Positions 59,444 through 64,000 of a stretch of DNA of 64,000 bases are shown here, one piece after another. Below the pieces are notes generated by a model. That model saw nothing but the letters and a program-made list of their open reading frames with translations. It was not told the origin of the DNA and made no database searches. The stretch is from an uncultured bacterium (lineage in GTDB: Bacteria > Oederibacteriota > Oederibacteriia > Oederibacteriales > Oederibacteriaceae), in contig OZ218778.1 in the NCBI GenBank assembly GCA_965112635.1, forward strand, positions 1,536,001 to 1,600,000, read 5' to 3'. A program made the position numbers and the translations under genes. Each line of letters starts with the position of its first letter. Position 1 is the first letter of the stretch.

Positions 59444-59884
59444 ATGCCTGGATATTTACTATTAAATCAAAAAAGTCTAACACCGCCTTTATCTGCTGGG
59501 AGAGGTGTCCAGGCAAACACTCGTAAGATTGGCTTCCTGGATTTTATTCGTGAATTAGATGATGAAACCTTTCCTTACGATGAGAATACTAGCCTGATGG
59601 TAATGGGTCTCGAAGATGTTTTATTGGCAGCCAGGCCTGATATGGATACCGCTGCAAAGGATATCTCGAGAAAGTTGCAACATGCAGCTGGGAAGTTGAT
59701 TAGCCGGGCATGTGCAGATATACAAATTGTTTTTAGGGGAAATCTCAAGCGGGGAGAAAACCTCATTGTGGAAAATGTTACGGCAAACCTGCCCATTTAT
59801 CTCATTTTTGGCTCTCCTGCGGATATGGAAATAAACGGCCAGAAGGTATTTAAGCGGGATTTTAACCTAAGTAGTCCAACATGA
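59444..59884 (+). CDS. Hypothetical protein in the defence operon
   Basis: Start immediately follows the MTase stop (TAAATG); SD AAGGAG; alpha/beta pattern. Confidence 0.75.
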   Translation: MPGYLLLNQKSLTPPLSAGRGVQANTRKIGFLDFIRELDDETFPYDENTSLMVMGLEDVLLAARPDMDTAAKDISRKLQHAAGKLISRACADIQIVFRGNLKRGENLIVENVTANLPIYLIFGSPADMEINGQKVFKRDFNLSSPT

Positions 59885-59900
59885 TAGAGAGGATTTGATT

Positions 59901-62741
59901 ATGGAAGAAAACCTAAAAAGTGTTCCCAGAACAGGTGATTTCGTAAAGATCAAAGGAAGAGATGATCTCGGTGTTGTGGAAATATACCGGGTCAGTGATG
60001 TCTTTGGGTCATATCAGGCAGAAGTCGTCTATGAGGACACAACAGGCAGGCATTTGCAGAGCTTTCCTATTGAGAGGCTTGAGCCTGCTCCAGACCTTTG
60101 GGAAAGAATAAGGCGAAATGATATTGATGCCCCGGTAGATTTTCTTTTAAAACAACTGTCATTTCAAATCCCGCTCCAAAATACAGGAGGTCAGCTTTCT
60201 AATAGTCGTACTGATTTGCTACCGCACCAGATACTGATCACCAGGGATGTGGTGTCAGCCAAAAGGCGTAGGTTTCTGATCGCTGATGAGGTGGGCCTTG
60301 GTAAAACTATTGAAGCAGGAATGATCCTTAGAGAATTGATCAGCAGAAACGAAGCAAAAAGAATACTGGTGATAGCTCCTGCTGGGCTAATAAAAAATTG
60401 GCAGCAAGAGTTAAGGGATGCTTTTAGGCTTAATTTTGAGGTGCTGGGCGTGGACTTTGTTGATCACGGTGTTACTTCATGGGAAACGCACAATCAGGTG
60501 ATCGCTTCGGTAGATACAGTCGAAAAGACCCAGCGATTGGAGAGGTTGCTGGGTGGGCCACGCTGGGATGTCATTATCTTTGATGAGGCTCATCACTTGA
60601 GCAGATTAAAGTATGGGAAAAAAATTCAGTCAACACTGAATTACAAGTTGGCAGAGGCAATAAAAGGACATACCCGTGATCTGCTGTTCCTTTCAGCTAC
60701 CCCTCATCAGGGCAATACTTTCCAGTTCTGGTCGCTTATCCAGCTATTAGACGATTCCCTTTTTGAGGATGAAGATTCATTACGAGAGCACAAAGGATTT
60801 CTTAATCAGGTAATGATCCGAAGGACAAAACGGGAGGTTACGGATAAAAACGGCGATCCAATATTTATGCGAAGGCAAGTGCATACTCAATCCTTCCAGT
60901 TAGCCATCAGGGAGAAAAACTTCTATGAAAGCCTGACGGAGTATCTAAAAGAAGGCTATACCGCAGCGGGTTTGGGTGAGAAAAAAACAACCTCTGAGCA
61001 GAGGGCCATCGGGTTTGTTATGACGACTTTTCAAAAGATTATGTCTTCTAGTATGAGAGCTATCAGGCAGGCCCTAAGACGCCGATTGCTTGTGTTGCTT
61101 ATCCGTCAACAGATGGATTTAGAAAACCGGCGTAGACATCAAGCGAGTCACTCAAGGATTGCAGAGGAAATAATTAAAATCCAGGACGAGATGAGACAGT
61201 TGGCAACCCTACTTTCAAATATTCCCAACAGCGGGTCTCGACAAGCTGATTTGGATGCTTACATAGCCCAGATGAAGCAGAAGGTCAGCAGAAAATATAT
61301 GCAGCAAAATGACGAGGAGACTGAATGGTCCTTGGATGCTGATGAAGGCGGAGAAGAAGGAATTTATACTGATGCCAGCATCCCTGATGAGATTTCAAAG
61401 GTAAAAGAGCTATTAAGGATCGTGCCTGAGGGTGTTGATAGAAAATTTGATACTTTAACAAGGGCTGTTGATTCGATTAGGAAAGATAATCCAGGAGAAA
61501 AGTTTGTTATTTTTACGCAGTATGTTGAAACATTGCTCTTTTTACAGGAAAAGCTCGGTTCTATTTATGGCGAGGGCAAGGTCGTCGTTATAAGAGGCGG
61601 TCCTCTTGATGACAAAATCGAAGCCAAGGATAAATTTTGGGAGGAAAATGGGGCTCAGTTCCTTCTTTGCACCTCAGCAGGAGGAGAGGGGATAAATCTG
61701 CAAGTTGGTCATATTCTATTTAACTATGACCTTCCCTGGAATCCAATGGCAGTGGAGCAGAGAATAGGTCGCATTCACCGCTATGGACAGAAGGATACGG
61801 CACAGGTTTATAACCTGGTTGCTGAAGATACAGTAGAGAAAAACATTTATGACATATTGAATACAAAATTGATGGATATTGCTACGGAAATTGGAAAAGT
61901 GGACTCAGAAACACACCAGCCATTAGAGGATTTTCGTTCAGAAATACTTGGATTTCTTGGTTCATCCCCAAATTATCTTGAATTGTACAAGAGAGCCCTG
62001 GTGGATAAGGATTATTTGAGAACAGAAAAAGAAATTACTGAGGCTATGCAAAATGCTTTGCAGGCCAGTGAGGCGCTTAAAAGTCTGACGATGGATTTAA
62101 AAACTTTTAATCTTCAGGAGTATCTGGATATAGAAGGAAAGTTTTCTCTTGGAGATTTAAAGACTTTTACGCAAACAGCTATCTTGAGATTAGGTGGGTC
62201 AATCCTTCCCAAGGGTGAATTTTTGTCTATTGTCACGCCAAAACCCTTGTTGAAATACACCAATGTTTTGCCTAAGTATGAGTTGGTTTCTTTTGATAGG
62301 GAAGCTGCCATGCGTAAGAGGTCGGCAGAACTCTTCGGATTAGGGCATCCACTTATAGACGCTTTGATCGATTATATGCAGCAAATTACCACGCTAGGCG
62401 ATGTCACATCAATGAACTCAACCGATAATGCAGATACCTATGCGATCGTGAATACGTTATTAACTGTTGATTTGGAGGGCGGTAAACAGCATAGAGAATT
62501 CAAAATAATTCGTACTACATCAAGTGGTGATGCACAAGTTTTGACTGATGATTGGCTACTGAAAAGATTATCTATGGACATTACCCAAAGAAACGCCAAG
62601 GGATCAAAAATGAACTGGATTGAAATAAAGCAATCCTACGAAGGCGCCATAGGTGTCATTTTAACCCAAATCAAATCGAGTTTGGAAAGGCCCATAGGAG
62701 CCAGGGTAAGGCTTTTAGGGGTAGCAGAGGTTATTAATTAG
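59901..62741 (+). CDS. SNF2/RapA-type SF2 helicase
   Basis: 'ADEVGLGKT', 'DEAH', 'LSATPHQG', 'FTQY', 'GGEGINLQ', 'YDLPWNP..VEQRIGRIHRYGQ'. Confidence 0.93.
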   Translation: MEENLKSVPRTGDFVKIKGRDDLGVVEIYRVSDVFGSYQAEVVYEDTTGRHLQSFPIERLEPAPDLWERIRRNDIDAPVDFLLKQLSFQIPLQNTGGQLSNSRTDLLPHQILITRDVVSAKRRRFLIADEVGLGKTIEAGMILRELISRNEAKRILVIAPAGLIKNWQQELRDAFRLNFEVLGVDFVDHGVTSWETHNQVIASVDTVEKTQRLERLLGGPRWDVIIFDEAHHLSRLKYGKKIQSTLNYKLAEAIKGHTRDLLFLSATPHQGNTFQFWSLIQLLDDSLFEDEDSLREHKGFLNQVMIRRTKREVTDKNGDPIFMRRQVHTQSFQLAIREKNFYESLTEYLKEGYTAAGLGEKKTTSEQRAIGFVMTTFQKIMSSSMRAIRQALRRRLLVLLIRQQMDLENRRRHQASHSRIAEEIIKIQDEMRQLATLLSNIPNSGSRQADLDAYIAQMKQKVSRKYMQQNDEETEWSLDADEGGEEGIYTDASIPDEISKVKELLRIVPEGVDRKFDTLTRAVDSIRKDNPGEKFVIFTQYVETLLFLQEKLGSIYGEGKVVVIRGGPLDDKIEAKDKFWEENGAQFLLCTSAGGEGINLQVGHILFNYDLPWNPMAVEQRIGRIHRYGQKDTAQVYNLVAEDTVEKNIYDILNTKLMDIATEIGKVDSETHQPLEDFRSEILGFLGSSPNYLELYKRALVDKDYLRTEKEITEAMQNALQASEALKSLTMDLKTFNLQEYLDIEGKFSLGDLKTFTQTAILRLGGSILPKGEFLSIVTPKPLLKYTNVLPKYELVSFDREAAMRKRSAELFGLGHPLIDALIDYMQQITTLGDVTSMNSTDNADTYAIVNTLLTVDLEGGKQHREFKIIRTTSSGDAQVLTDDWLLKRLSMDITQRNAKGSKMNWIEIKQSYEGAIGVILTQIKSSLERPIGARVRLLGVAEVIN

Positions 62742-62764
62742 TGCAGTTCAGTAGAGGTAAATAA

Positions 62765-64000
62765 ATGAAGAATTTTGATGATCCAATAATAGTTCAATTA
62801 ATTCAAAAATTAATTGATTCGCAATACTATAAGTTGGAAGAGGAGTATTTTAAAAAATTCCAAAAGCATCAGGCCGAAATGTCGTTAAGGGGAGTACAAA
62901 GATCGGGATCTAATATTCAGGGGGTAATAAAAATAATAAAAGAGGAGCTGGATTTAAGGGCCGAATTTATATTCAATAATTTGAAGAAGATATTTAATAT
63001 TGTTCGAATTCCAGATAGAGGAAATTTATTGGTAGAAATGAAACAATATTTTATGGAAAAAATGAAGTTTGAAGAGGCCCAATTTCTTAAAAGAGTAAAA
63101 GAGGTTTCTATTAATGCTGGATTAAAACATGGTAATTCAGATATTGAGATAACGCGGCAAGTGGATATGTTAATAAACAAGTATCATGGTGAGATTGAAT
63201 TATTTTTAATCGAGTTAGCCAATAAGAATAAAAATGTAAATAATTCAGATAGTAGAAGTATTGTAGGAGATGCAACAATGGTGTTGCTTTATTTAGCCAA
63301 TTATGAAAAAGAACCCGGGGATATTCAAAAAGGGCATTATCAATTTGAAGCATCCGAGCTTGCCGAGGGGATTTCAATTGAACCTAACCGATTAAATGAT
63401 GCTGTTGATTTATTAGAAGAAAATAATTATGCAGAAGTTACAAGAACTATAGGCACAGCACCTTTTATGTTTCATTGGATAACTTTAACAACAAGAGGCA
63501 GAATTGAAGCAGAGAGATTGTCAAATATAAAGAAGACAGATATTCAGAAGCAGGATCAAAATCCACAGTTAGTGGAACCCATTATTTCCCGTTCTCCAAC
63601 ACCTGTTGGTTCTCCCTATGGTTTTACATTGCAAGATTGGGAATCAGTAAGTATTGACAGAGAAGACGCGACACGACTTATTGTTGTTTTTGGCCATCAA
63701 TGGGAATCTAAACACTTTAAATCAGAAACAATAAGAGAAAATATAAAAAATATGTTTGAAAGTTCACTGAAAGCTGTGGAAAAAAAGTTAGTGGGCGGAA
63801 CCGTAAGGCTTGATTATCGTCCTCTTCGTGGGGGATATGGTGGGCACCTTTTTAATCAAATTGCGCGCGATATTATTGGTGCAGATATAGCAGTCTTTGA
63901 AACAAGTGATCATAATCCAAATGTAATGATTGAGCTTGGTGTTGCGCTTACATGGGGAATCAGGGTTCTACCAATTAAAAATAAAAATGCTCAAACAGTG
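62765..64000 (+). CDS. 3'-truncated protein: helical N-terminus, winged-helix-like middle, nucleoside-deoxyribosyltransferase/TIR-like C-terminal domain
   Basis: Manual translation open to the window end (absent from the ORF track); SD GAGGT; 'ASELAEGISIEPNRLNDAVDLLEENNY...ITLTTRG'; 'IIGADIAVFETSDHNPNVMIELGVALTWG'. Confidence 0.75.
   Translation, partial: MKNFDDPIIVQLIQKLIDSQYYKLEEEYFKKFQKHQAEMSLRGVQRSGSNIQGVIKIIKEELDLRAEFIFNNLKKIFNIVRIPDRGNLLVEMKQYFMEKMKFEEAQFLKRVKEVSINAGLKHGNSDIEITRQVDMLINKYHGEIELFLIELANKNKNVNNSDSRSIVGDATMVLLYLANYEKEPGDIQKGHYQFEASELAEGISIEPNRLNDAVDLLEENNYAEVTRTIGTAPFMFHWITLTTRGRIEAERLSNIKKTDIQKQDQNPQLVEPIISRSPTPVGSPYGFTLQDWESVSIDREDATRLIVVFGHQWESKHFKSETIRENIKNMFESSLKAVEKKLVGGTVRLDYRPLRGGYGGHLFNQIARDIIGADIAVFETSDHNPNVMIELGVALTWGIRVLPIKNKNAQTV

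Larger units (their letters stand above)
44302..64000 (+). mobile_element. AT-rich integrated element / defence island with tandem large serine recombinases; right end lies outside the window
   Basis: Abrupt drop in GC by eye; two recombinases; all genes co-oriented; defence-type cargo; left boundary approximate. Confidence 0.8.

Noticed and set aside
52023-62741. Canonical type I BREX, DISARM or type III R-M
   Set aside because: No brxA/brxL, drmA/drmB or Res-type genes; the methyltransferase is DUF1156-like and the ATPase is DUF499-like

Overview
Bacterial chromosomal window in two parts. About 1-44.2 kb is mostly GC-rich housekeeping DNA: ABC permease, LysM and TPR lipoproteins, ubiE/menG, a PilZ protein, tRNA-Met(CAT), tilS-ftsH-folE-folP-pdxJ-acpS-nnr, an O-antigen-ligase/TPR gene, relA/spoT, two paralogous beta-barrel-like proteins, a complete 14-gene nuo operon with nuoA displaced between nuoI and nuoJ, a small accessory patch (AAA/DUF4143-type ATPase between 107-bp direct repeats), a C1/folate cluster (fhs, metF-metV fusion, AcsE-like methyltransferase, second metF), dCMP deaminase and a secreted CBM-repeat protein. 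From about 44.3 kb to the window end lies an AT-rich integrated element. It starts with twin 31-bp palindromes, then encodes an internally duplicated integrase-core-binding-like protein, two tandem large serine recombinases and a few regulatory or orphan genes. It ends in a tightly coupled candidate anti-phage operon: DUF499-like ATPase, stand-alone PglZ, RHH/PIN toxin-antitoxin pair, Zn-ribbon-rich DUF1156-type adenine methyltransferase, a small orphan, SNF2 helicase and a wHTH + NDT/TIR-like effector that runs off the window. This operon is the strongest candidate for a little-described system. All family calls come from motif recognition by eye; no searches were run.
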